Shown here in pieces: positions 28,441 to 41,799 of a stretch of 64,000 bases of DNA (positions are counted from its first letter, which is position 1; each line of letters begins with the position of its first letter). The translations under genes were made by a program, and so were the position numbers. Below the pieces are notes generated by a model. It saw nothing but the letters and a program-made list of their open reading frames with translations. It had not been told where the DNA came from and did not search any database. The stretch is from the human T2T-CHM13v2.0 reference genome, Homo sapiens, in NCBI RefSeq assembly GCF_009914755.1, contig NC_060934.1. One strand, written 5' to 3'.

Positions 28441-29419
28441 ATTCCACTAAAATATGTAGTAATTTTAAAAGTATTTAGTAATCTAAATACTAAATTTTGA
28501 AGTATTTAGTAATCTCTTTTAAAATATAAGACAATTGGACTCTTGTCTTTGTTTTAATAATATCCCTAATACCTCCTGGCCACTTTCCCCTTGCTCAGTC
28601 TGGAAGTTCCTAAAGGGCTTTTTCATCAGCGAGAAGATCCCAGCTCCACCTCAAGTCTTAAGAGCTACTCAGAAAATACTAGTGGAAATGAGGAAAGAAA
28701 AAAAAGATGAAAGATGATTTTTGTCTTGAGCCATACATGGACCAGTATGGTAACTGAGAAGCAATTATTTTTTGCTGGTATCTGGGCTTTTGATAAATGA
28801 AGGGAAAATTCAAAAGGGTAACCATGACACAAGGCAGGACAGCAGACCTCGTTGTGTGTACTCTGGTAAGTGCAGCTTATCAGAGGCAAGGTACAGAGGG
28901 TATTTTGGGCCTTTGAGAATGGTCTTGGCTGAGAGGATCCCAGTGCGTGACTCCACTTCCTTCCTGGTCCCCTTCACTGCCTTCCTCTTTGTCCTTTCCT
29001 CTTAGCCTCTCATTTTACTTCATTCGTTTATCTCCTTTCCTCTTCCTCCTTTTCTCATTTCCTAATGTTCTTGCTTTTTCTTCTGTTTACTTCCTTGAGT
29101 CAAGGCCTCATGGGCTCTAGATTCAGGGATGACCTGAGGACAAGTCCTGCCTTGGTACTTCCCAGGACAGAGCTCAGCTCCTGTTTGGCCTCCCAAGACC
29201 CTAGCTTCTTCTGCAGGCAGAAATTCCCCTTTATGTTGGCAGATTTGGGACAACAAGTTAGTGGACAATGCTGAGGTCTTCTTCTTCTGAGGCAGATACT
29301 CCTGTGAAGTGCCAGAGCTTCTTCCAGAGGACACAGTTCTAATACCACCACCTCCCTCTGTATACAATAAAGCTCCTCAAATCTTTATAGGTAGTAGGTA
29401 CTAGGAGAATCTGTTGTTC

Positions 29420-30300
29420 TGATATGTGATCTTTGACCCCAGCTCCTGATACAGAGCTCCTAAGATCTTTGCAATTTCCTGAATAATAGGATCATTTGGC
29501 ACAGAGCTTCTAAATCCCTTGGAATTTCCTGTGTGACAAGAGCATCTTTTGTTCTAAACAGGCAATGCTGGATGAGCTCCTGGAGAGCCTCAGGATGGGG
29601 GCTGGTTGCCAACAGAACCAACCATGTGGTTAGAGGGTTGGAAATTTCAACCTGAGTCCCTGACCTCCAAAGGAGGGGAGAGGGGCTGAAGGTTGAGTTG
29701 ATCAACAATGACCAATGATATAATCAATCATGCCTATGTAAGGAGGCCTCCATAAAAACCCAGAAGGATGAGGTTCAGAGAGCTTTGGAAGTGCTGAACA
29801 CATGGTAATCCCTCCTAAAGGGTGGCACACCCAGATGGGGTGTGGAAGCCCTGCCCCCTTCCCACATGCCTTGCCCTTTGCTTCTCTTCCATCTGGCTGT
29901 TCATCTGTATTGTTCATAGTGTCTTTTATAATAAATGAGTAAACATAAGTAATGTGTTTCCCTGATTACTGTGAGCTGATCTAGCAAATTAGTCAAACCT
30001 GAGGAAGGTGTCATGGGAATCCCCAATTCACAGCCAGTTGATTAGAAGTTCTGGAGATCCAGATCTAAGACTGGCATCTGAAATGGGGGCAATGTTTGGG
30101 ACTGAGCTCTTAACCTGTGGGGTCTGACTCTATCTTTAGGTAGAAAGTGTCAGAAGTAAATTGAATTACAGCATACCTGGCTGGTGTCCAACTGGAGTAT
30201 CACTTGGTGTTTGGAGAAAAACCCACACATGTTTTGGTGACCAGAAGTAAAGTATTCTGTGTTGAATATTGTGTGGTGTAGAGAGTAGAAAAAAAAAACT
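29420..30300 (+). mobile_element. MER21 (B/C-like) LTR
   Basis: cacagagcttctaaatcccttggaatttcctg; caggatgggggctggttgcc; aaacccacacatgttttggtgaccagaagt. Confidence 0.9.
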
Positions 30301-30596
30301 TAAAAAATATATTTTACACCTTAGCCATGTAAGGAAATTTATAGCCATACTATCAATTTGTTTAATTTATCACTTATTAAGCTTTTATTTTGATTAGTTA
30401 CTAAAGAACATAACGAGATTTGTCTTTAGGCAAAAAACAAGGCTCAAGGTATATAGTGAGAGAAAGACGTGTTCAAAAATACCTCAGGGTGGAATATTAA
30501 TAGTGTACAAATAGAAGCATTAAGAACTATGGGAACAGAAGTAAGAAGAGATTAATAATAACAAAGGAAAAATACTATTACATGTAACAGTAGAAG

Positions 30597-31170
<574 letters not shown>

Positions 31171-31329
31171 TTCCCTCAAGAAGGCAACATTTGAGCTACA
31201 CTAAAGGGAGCGGAGTGTTTGGAAATGCAGATTTAGCAACACAGGGAAAAGCAAAAGCTGAAACAAACACCTTGAAGACAGATGAATGCAGAATGAGTTC
31301 CACTGTTGCCCTCCCGGGAATCATAATGA

Positions 31330-32660
31330 CCCCTAAAGCTACAAGAAATGAACAGTTTGTACTAGCCTAGGAACAGAAAGATAAATCAATGGAATGGAAG
31401 GGAGTCCAGAGACTCCTAGATAGATACATGAGATATCAGCGAAGCGGTCCTCACAGGATTAAGAATAATTCTGGACAGAAATATAATTAAGCATTCATCA
31501 GGCTACACTTTGGCCCACTTCCTTTCAACCGAAAGTCCCTTAGGACCAGATACTGACCATTTGCATTACCATCGTTCCTGTAGATAGATTTCTGTTGTTA
31601 GAATTATAAGGCTTTTCTTTAAGAATTAATCTGCATTCCTATTGTTCTTATAGATAAGATGTCTGACATTAGACTCATAAGGCTTTCATTTAATAATTGC
31701 TTAAGATGTTTCTCAGATCCTGAAATCCAGTGGAACAGTTGACACCAACCATTTTGAAGACCCCCATAGAGAAACTGAATCAGCATGAGAAGAGTTTTTT
31801 CATCTTCCTCCCTCATGACACTATCTTGCGCTCTTTCACCAACAAATGATCACACTTGGGCCCACTCCAAACCCCTTAAAAACTCTAGCCCCGAACTCCT
31901 TAAGGAGATGAAGTTGAGGTTTCTTCCAGTCTCCTCATTCAGTGGCCTTACAATGAAACCTCCTTCTCTGCTGCAACCCAGTGTCTCAGGATATTGACTT
32001 GCTGTGTGCATTAGGCAACGAAGCTATTAAGATAACATTGATTTGGGAAAAGATGGCATTTAAAATCAGTGGCTAAATGATGAAGTATTCTAAAATAAAT
32101 GGCATTAGACATTTTTGGAAGGTTAAAATAAAGGCATACTTCAACCTCAGATTACTTAATTATATATAAAGAATAAAAGGACTAAATAAAAAATATAGTC
32201 AATAATAAAAAAACTAAAATATTTTAACAGTTTGGTGATAGGCAAGGTATTCTCATATAAGAACAGAACTCAAAAGCTGTAAGAAAAAAATATACAGATT
32301 TGAATATATATGATTTGAACCATTGAATGGCAAAAATTACTAAAAACAAAGTTAAACATTTAAAAGAAAATATTTGCCATCAAAATACTAGACATAGGAT
32401 TAATAACCCTAATATCTAATGTGTTTTTATAAATAAGTACAAAATAGATATCAACAGAAATAAAAGATAAAAGATGAACAGGTTATTCAAGCAAAAGAAA
32501 TACAAATAGCTAATGTACTTTTTTTAAAAAGTCAAATTTACCAAAGATAGGGAAAATGCAAGTTCAAACAACAGCATGGCACCATGGATTTCCTATCATG
32601 TGGGCAATATTAAAAATGGTTTGACTGTACCAGGGATGGTGGGAATGTGAAGAAGAGAGT
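31330..32660 (+). mobile_element. L1ME ORF2 fragment interrupted by an ERV1 LTR
   Basis: gataaatcaatggaatggaagggagtccaga ... aaagaaatacaaatagctaat...gggaaaatgcaagttcaaacaaca. Confidence 0.6.
31440..32037 (+). mobile_element. ERV1 solo LTR (LTR26-like) with an internal ~70-bp tandem repeat (31562-31698)
   Basis: aattctggacagaaatataattaagcattcatcaggc...agatactgaccatttgca; ends taaca. Confidence 0.75.
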
Positions 32661-32824
32661 ACTAGGAAAGAGACGCACTGTTGGGCATTTCATTTTCTTT
32701 GCAGCACCCACTTTGTTGGGAAATGACTCTCTTCTGCATTCAAGCCCCTTGGTGGTCATCGTCTTATAGGACTTTGTCCATTCCAGAAGTCAAGGACTTT
32801 CAAAGGGGAAGACTTTCCTTTTAA

Positions 32825-34029
<1,205 letters not shown>

Positions 34030-34030
<1 letters not shown>

Positions 34031-36080
34031 GTATTAACATTTTTTAGCATTCCATTTTTATTTATTGTGCTTTTGAGTACACATCTTGAACAGCTTTTTT
34101 AGTGACTACTCTCCATATTACCTTATGTACGAAACATTATAGTCTACTTGTTTCATCCTTTCACCAATGTGACTAAAGTCTAGAAATTTTACCTACCTTA
34201 TGTCTTTTTATTTGCCTCTGTTTAGAATATAATTGTCTTAGATATGTCACGTGCATACATTTAGAGCCACATTAGAAAGTGTAATAATTTTTGCTTCCAC
34301 TGTCAAACATAATTTAGAAAACTCAAGAGGGAAGGAAAGTTGATTATATTTACCCATATTTTGTTTATAATGTTCTGTCTTCTTTGTTGATCTTTCAATA
34401 TTCTTTCTTTTATCATTTCTTCTGCTTAAAGAACTTTGTTTAGTCATTCTTCTGGGTAGGTCTGCTGGGAACAAATTCTCTTAGTTTTCCTTCATATAAG
34501 AATGTTCTTATTTCCCCTTCATTTCAGGAGAATATTTTCAATGTTTGCAGGAATCTGGGTTAATTGTTCTTTTTTTCTGCACTTGAAAAATGTTCTGCCA
34601 CTTCTGTCTGACCTGCATGCTTTCTGATGACAAATCCATTCTACTCAAATTATTTTTCCCTTATAGATATTTTATCTCCTGCTGTTTTCAAGATTTGTTT
34701 CCCCTTGTCTTTAGTTTTAAGATATTTGGTATAATTTATCTTGATGTGGATTTTTTGTTTATCCTATTTGCTCAGCTAAAGCCTGTAGATTTATGTCTTC
34801 AGTCAAATTTAAGAATTTTTCAGCCATTATATTTTCAAGTTCTTTTTCAGCCCTGGACTCTTTCTCTCTTCTTCTGGAACTATTATCATGTGAAAATTAG
34901 ATCTTTTTTTATAGTCTCACAGGTCTCTGAGGCTCTGTTCCTCCTTCCCCCTTTTGTTTTTTCTATTTTTTCCCTATTGTTCAGATTGGGTACTTTCTAG
35001 TGTTTTACACACTTCATTCATTCCTTCATCTGTTCCTTCCATTCTGCTCTCCAGACCATCCATTATGTTTTTTATTTTAGTTATTATATTTTTCTGTCCT
35101 AAAATTTCCACTTGGTGATTCTTTATATATCTTCTCTGTATTTGCCGAAACTTTCTGGCTTTTCTTTTCAAGTTTTTTCATAACTGCCCACTGAAGCATT
35201 TTTATGATGGCTATTTTACAGTCTTTGTCAGGTAATTCTAATACCTCTGCCATCTTGGTGTTGGCATCTATGGATTGCCTATTTCTATTCAAGTGGAATT
35301 TTTCTGGCTCGGTAATTTTTTCTTAAGAACTGGACATTTGGGGTATTAGGTTATAAGATGCTAGGTCTTGTCTAAACCTTCTGTTTTTAGTTGGCTTTTT
35401 CTGATACTGCTCTGGCAAGGGAAGGGGGTGCATGGTGTAGCTGCTACCAAGTTGGAGTGGAAGTCCAGGTTCCCACTCAGACTCTGTAAACCCCAGAGTG
35501 TGTGAGTGTGCCAGGGGTCTCTGTGTTCCTGTTGCATGAGGCAGGGGTTCTAAAATGGCCCCTTACTGGGCCTTGGGTCAAAGCACTTTTACTGGGAGGG
35601 ATAAGAGTGCCTCCTTAATCCCTCTACATGGCCTCCACTGACACCATAGTGGGGTGGCCTCAATGACACCTAGGAGTGGTAACAGTCTTGACTCTCCCCT
35701 AGGCTTCCAGCAGAAAGTGGGAGGAACACTTCTTTACTGCGAGTTGGGAATAAGTCCAGGTTATCCACATGTGCACCATAGTGGGTGGAGGTTAGGGCGG
35801 TTATTACTGCCCAGCAGAGATGAGTGTCCTGGCTCCCTCCGCAGCCTTTTCTAATAATCATGAGGGTGTGTGTGGCAGGGATGGTGTTAGGGGCACCTCC
35901 GCTCAGCCTGACAGTGTGAAAGTCTTCTTTAGCTCCAAGTCTGGTGTATAGGAGGCAAAAAGAAAACCCAGGAAACTCGCCACCATGCTATTCTTTGGGT
36001 CCTGAGATCTTTAGCCCATCTGCCTTCCTTTCTCCAACTTTCAGGGCGTCCTTCTGTTTGTTTTATATATAATGTGTAGG
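34030..36080 (-). mobile_element. Old L1M ORF1 and 5' region
   Basis: ORF1-like peptides (NTKMAEVLELPDKDCKIAIIKML; NQVEILGQKNIITKIKNIMDGLESRM-like); G-rich 5'UTR-like 35400-36050. Confidence 0.7.
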
Positions 36081-36229
36081 AATAATGAAGAGATTAAGGA
36101 AAATTATGAGAGTATCATCCTACTTTCTGCACAGTGACTTCATAATGCATTTTCAGCATCTGCTAAGCAGGTTCTCTCCCATTCATCTGCTTTATACATT
36201 TTTTGAACACTATCAGACTATTTTATCCT

Positions 36230-37260
36230 TTCTGAAAGATCATTTTATCTTGTTTCAAAAGAATAACCACAAAATTGGAATTTTAATTGGAACTGAGTTA
36301 AGTATATGTACACATTTTATATTAATTAGGGGAAAATAATATTTTTATGATAGTCTTACATCCAAAAACATGCAATGTTTCATTTTTATTGTTCTATTTT
36401 ATGTTCTTTGAGATCTAATAGTTTTCTTATGATAGGTTAAATGCTTTTTATTGTTAAATGTATTCCTAAGAAATCTATTTCATTTAGTTTTTACTATGAA
36501 TTGATTATTTTTCTCCATTTATGTCTAGCAAAGATGCTATTAGTTTTGTATACCTACCTTGTACCCAGTCACTTTGTCAAATACTGTTAGTAATTTTGTG
36601 AGCTTTTTACTGGAATCTTTTGTAGCTTTTAGGCATGCAATCATATTATCAACAAAAATGTTTTTAATTATTTGCTCCTCATCTCCATTGCAATATTAAT
36701 TACTTTATGAGTTTAGTGGTCAAAAAAGAAATACTGAAAAAAATACCTTTCTATGTGGAAATGGTTTAATCAATGTCAAGTTGTCCACAAAACTGAAAGA
36801 TAACTGCATGTGGAAATAAGTTAACTTGGATAGATTTCAACAGTGAAAAAGCAAAATGCTGTAATATGATTCTGTTTTTTTCTAAAATAACAGAAAAGTG
36901 TCAGTATGTAGATATATATACAATATATGTGTATATGATTATATAGGTAGAGGGAAAGCTACGGAAAGATGTCAATAGAGTTATATTTATGACGGGTAGA
37001 TGAGCAAAAACAAACAAAAAAGACTGCATTACACTATGATGTTAATCACCATGGAAACAGCACAAATGATAAAATTCCAATCATATTAAATTACAAAGAG
37101 ATCTATAAAAAGACACATGGAGTGATGGCCAAAGCCATGTTACGGTGCCCATGATCTCAGGTGGAATTTCAGGGTAATTTGGTTTTTGTTTTATTTTTTA
37201 TGAATTATTCACAATGTTTACTATAAGAAATTATATGATGATAAAAACACAAGATAAAGC
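36230..37260. mobile_element. Degenerate L1ME fragments (both orientations)
   Basis: ttggaattttaattggaactgagttaagtatat; ttttgtatacctaccttgtacccagtcactttg. Confidence 0.5.
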
Positions 37261-37581
37261 TTTTTTTATTATAATGTTTGTTTTAAAGCACAATGCCATT
37301 AAGGCAATTCCAGCTTAAGAATTAACTTGTGACTTTTGCAAATCTGTGCCATATTGGTTAAATTTCTTTGATAAAAACTCTAGAAAATGAAAGAGAAACA
37401 ATAAGAACCAAATAATCAATTTAAATAGCCTGAATTGAAGACAAAACTTTGCAATAATCTTTTGGAAGGAAAAAGGCCTCGGCAGCACTGGAAGTCTAGA
37501 AAGTGGGAAGTGGTGATCAATTTCTTGGTACTTCAGAGTGAATGCACTCAGATTGTTTTCCTCCTGGGGATCACTGGGAGC

Positions 37582-38396
37582 AAGAATTAAAGTCTTAAGT
37601 CATAGAGCACAACTGTCCAAGCTTGGCTTACAAGCAAGGCCCTTGTTCAGAGTAGGCTGGAGCTGACTGGTTTAGTCTTGCCAAGAGTATATACAAAGAG
37701 GAAAGGGAATACTTTCCTAAAGAAGGATTGGGATGCACTCACCAAAAGAAGGGGATAACCAGTCTGGGGAGAATTAAAAAAATAACCAAGCAGGGGCTCA
37801 TAAAGGCTGAGGGTCTGCCAGATGCGATATCCTCTGCTGGGATGGTCACTGCTCAGTCTGAGTCCATCTGCATTCCTCTTCCTTCCCACAGGCATTGGGG
37901 GTTCAGCCTGCAGTTCTCTCCACTAAGTACATTCACAGGACTCCCCTTCCTTCAGGTCTCACAGTCTCTGTCACTATTTTTCCTTCATGTTTCCCTTGCC
38001 TGTTGGAGTTCAGGCTCACTTCTTCAAATGGACATACGGTTATAGCAATAAATCAAAAGGGAATAAAAAGAGCAAGATGTACTATAAACTGTCTCAGTCG
38101 AAGGGATAAATAATCTGAGGAAAGTCAGGTTAAAAGAAATAACTACCATGAAGAATTAAACATTTATTGGATCACCGTGGTACCCCAGAAAAGACAGAGG
38201 AATAGGATTGGTGGAAGAAGATACCCCTAACTGGTCCATGCTGGGAGCAGGCCTTTAGCTATCTGCTGAGATGAGTGCCACCCATTCACAAAAATTTGAG
38301 GAGACTTTAAATGAAGAACTTTTCCTTCTTCACATGAAAAGACCCACCATTAGGGACTTTGTTCAGAAACTTTGGTGGGCATTCAGCTTCAAGGAA
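37582..38396 (+). repeat. Local direct repeat, copy 1 (815 bp)
   Basis: aligns end to end with 40210-41025; about 36 differences by hand count. Confidence 0.97.
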
Positions 38397-38409
38397 TCTT
38401 TCTGTGTGT

Positions 38410-38797
38410 GGATCCTGTTTAGCTACACTAGTGGCTGAGAGCAATAATCATTTATCCTTTCTCTCAGGTGTGGGTCTGCGGGGGTGAATCTCCTTCTTGG
38501 TTCAGGTGTGCGCGTTGCTGGGGTCATCTATTCTCTATTCTGGTCTCAGGCAGAAGAGGCATCAGCTAATGGGGGAAACTTTTCTAATGGAAGTGGCACA
38601 AGTGGGAGAGGAAAAGGCCACCAGTGCCAGCACATCGCAAGCTTCTGTTTGTATTGCATCTGCTAATGTTTTATTGGCCAAAGCAAATCGTGTGCTGTGT
38701 CTGATATCTAGGGACTGGAACTTCCTACTCCATGGAGGTTGTGGCTGGGGAGAGGCAGTGAGTGATTTTGAACATGGAAACCATCTCCATTCCCACA
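38410..38797 (-). mobile_element. MLT1H/I-like LTR
   Basis: catctgctaatgttttattggccaaagcaaatcgtgtg. Confidence 0.65.
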
Positions 38798-39060
38798 AGA
38801 TCCTGCCTGAGTGGGTCAGGGGATAATCAGAGATCCCAGAGTTGGGTAGATGTGTCCCCCAGTGGACTAAAAAAGAACTGACCAAAAAAATGTTGAAAGA
38901 GAAGAGGAAAGGAAAAGAGAGAATGAGGGAATCTGAAACTCTGTTAAATATTAACTATCATTGTTTTGGAGTGACAATATGATATGTGATTAGGATTTTC
39001 TATATTATTTTCAGCATCTGGCACGGATATCTAATGTTTTCTTAATCGGAAATAATACAC

Positions 39061-39276
39061 AAAAGAAAGAAAGAAAGAGAGAGAAAGACAGAAAAAGAAA
39101 GAAAGGAAAACAAAACAAAGAAAGAAGGAAAGAAAGAAAGAACGAGAGAAAGAGAAGAAAAGGAAAGAAAGAAGGAAGGAAGGAAAGAAGGAAGAAAGAA
39201 AGGAAGGAAGGAAAGAAGGAAGAAAGAAAGGAAGGAAGAAAGGAAGGGAGAGAGGAAGGGATGGAGGGAGGCAGGG
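39061..39276 (+). repeat. (GAAA)n/(GGAA)n purine-rich simple repeat
   Basis: visible directly. Confidence 0.95.
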
Positions 39277-40209
39277 AGTTTTCCAAGGAGCCTTTTGCTT
39301 CTCAGCTAGTGGAAGCAAGAACAACACAGCATTGACAGCGGGGACCGGAGAACATTTGGTTTTTTAAATATAGTTTTTAAAGGGAAAGTGAATTCTACAA
39401 AATGCCCATTTTTCTATGCTAGTTAAATTCTGCACCCAGGGCAGAGGCTAAAGATCACATTTTTATAAGAATTTTTTTTTTAAGAGATAGAAAACCTCTT
39501 TTGGAATTGGTGTCCATTCTCAATTCTGTTAAAAGGATGATGATTTATTGGGTCAAATATGCTGACTTTCTTCTCCTATTCTTCTTCTCTCATTTCCTCA
39601 TCTGAAAAACTAAGATGCTGAATGCAATGATTGCTAAGATCCCTTGGAGATCTAACTTTCAGTAATTCTAGTATTTTTCCTTCAGCTCAGTTATTTCCGG
39701 GTCTACTATTTGAAAACATGCTCCAAGGCAAGAGGTCGAATTATTTACCCTGCTTCATGCTGACATTTTCATAGTAGCTACCAGAAAAGAAAATGTGAGC
39801 AGTTCTTTTATTATTGTTTTTCAGTTACACAAATATTAATAGGTGTTATACAAATTTAAAAATATAAACAAAATAAAAATCACCAAACCCCAACACTATT
39901 AACCTTTCACAGTATGTTTCTAGCATTCTTTCAGTGTGTGAATATCATAACTTATTTTGAACAATTATTGATCTCATTTTTTTAACTTTATGTATTGTGA
40001 CATTTCTCCATGCAATTAGATTATCTTCTAAGCATTTACCTTGAAGGGTTAGATAAGATTTAATAACTAAATTCTTTATAAACTGTATTATTGCTAACCT
40101 ATTTTTTGACCTATTTTTTTTTTTAGTATAGAGTAGGGATGAAATCCATGGGTTTTGAGATTTGATAGCCCGAGCTTGAAAGACTGGGTCTATTATTTAC
40201 AGACTGTAA

Positions 40210-41025
40210 AAGAAGTAAAGTCTTAAGTTGTAGAGTACAACTATCCAAGCTTGGGTTACAAGCAAGGCCCTTGTTCAGAGTAGGCTGGAGTTGACTGGCT
40301 TAGTCTTGCCAAGATTATATGCAAAGGGGAAAGGTAATACTTTCCTAAATAAGGATCTGGATGCACTCACCAAAAGAAGGGGTAACCAGTCTGGGGAGAA
40401 TAAAAAAAAAATACCAAGCAGGGGCTCATAAAGGCTGAGCATCTGCCAGAGCCTGTATCCTCTGCTGGGATGGTCACTGCTCAGTCTGAGTCCATCTGCA
40501 TTCCTCTTCCTTCCCACAGGCACTGGGGATTCAGCCTGCAGTTCTCTCCACTAAGTACATTCACAGGACTCCCCTTCCTTCAGGTCTCACAGTCTCTGTC
40601 ACTATTTTTCCTTCATGTTTCCCTTGCCTGTTGAAGTTCAGGCTCACTTCTTCAAATGGACACACGGTTATAGCAATAAATCAAAAGAGAATAAAAAGAG
40701 CCAAGATGTACTATAAACTGTCTCAGTCGAAGGGATAAATAATCTGAGGAAAGTCAGGTTAAAAGAAATAACTACCATGAAGAATTAAACATTTATTGGA
40801 TCACCGTGGTACCCCAGAAAAGACAGAGGAATAGGATTGGTGGAAGAAGATACCCCTAACTGGTCCATGCTGGGAGCAGGCCATTAGATATCTACTGAGA
40901 TGAGTGCCACCCATTCACAAAAATTTGAAGAGACTTTAAATGAGGAACTTTTCCTTCTTCACATGAAAAGACCCACCATTAGGGACTTTGTTCAGAAACT
41001 TTGGTGGGCATTCAGCTTCAAGGAA
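40210..41025 (+). repeat. Local direct repeat, copy 2 (816 bp)
   Basis: aligns with 37582-38396; preceded by a MIR 5' fragment (about 40125-40207). Confidence 0.97.
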
Positions 41026-41610
41026 CCAAAGTGCAGTATTACTGACCTGAGTAGACAGAAGATACATCTGTATATGTATTTGTAAAGTTATTGTCACTGT
41101 TCCCAAACTGAGTAATCACGAGCTGAAAAGGAAAAGGAAGTTGTGGGGGCATCATAGGTCCCCTTGCCATTCTGGCACCAGACACTTCTGTGAAGTTGAG
41201 TCAGGGGCCATGGGCCCTTTGCATTTCTGTATGTGAGAATAAGCAATAGATCATGTGAAGCAAAGCACCCACAGGCATTCTTCTGGAAGTGACTCTTTGT
41301 GTCTCAAACTGCTTAGCCCCTATCTGATCATCTGGTTTGATTAACAACCGTAGGGCAGCCTGGAACACACATGATCCCTCGACCTTAATCCCTTAGGGTG
41401 TGGCAGTTAAGGGAAGGCTCTCAGGTCTGAAGGGGTTGGACTAAACAGAAACAGAAAGGACATACACTCATACCTTAAAAGTACACAGTGCCTCATGGTG
41501 TAAGAACTCACTGCACTTGCACTATTACTGGCATTTACAATTGTTTCCCCAATAAATAATGAACATCCTTGTATGTGCTTTTCTCCTGCTGGTGATTTTA
41601 TTTTTATATA

Positions 41611-41795
41611 TTAATTTAATTTTTAATTGACAAAAATTATGTGAATATATGGTGTACAACATGATGTGCTGATATATGCATATATTTTGAAATGACTAAA
41701 TTAAGCTAATTAACATATCCATTACCTCACATACTTATTATTACTTTTGTTGTGGTGAGAACATTTAAAGTCTATTTTCTTAGCAATTTTCAAGT
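41611..41795 (-). mobile_element. L1MA8/9-like 3' end
   Basis: ttaattgacaaaaattatgtg...aagctaattaacatatccattacctcacatactta. Confidence 0.85.
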
Positions 41796-41799
41796 CTTA

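Noticed and set aside
38335-38385. cccacca...tggtggg hairpin as a pre-miRNA
   Set aside because: Only 7 contiguous pairs; stem too short
39011-39327. F/L/S-rich membrane-like ORFs (also 60401..60818)
   Set aside because: Translations of simple repeats
37582-41025. The repeat pair as the two LTRs of a provirus
   Set aside because: No TG...CA ends, PBS, PPT or TSD; the interior holds old MLT1, MIR, L1ME and a simple repeat, not gag/pol
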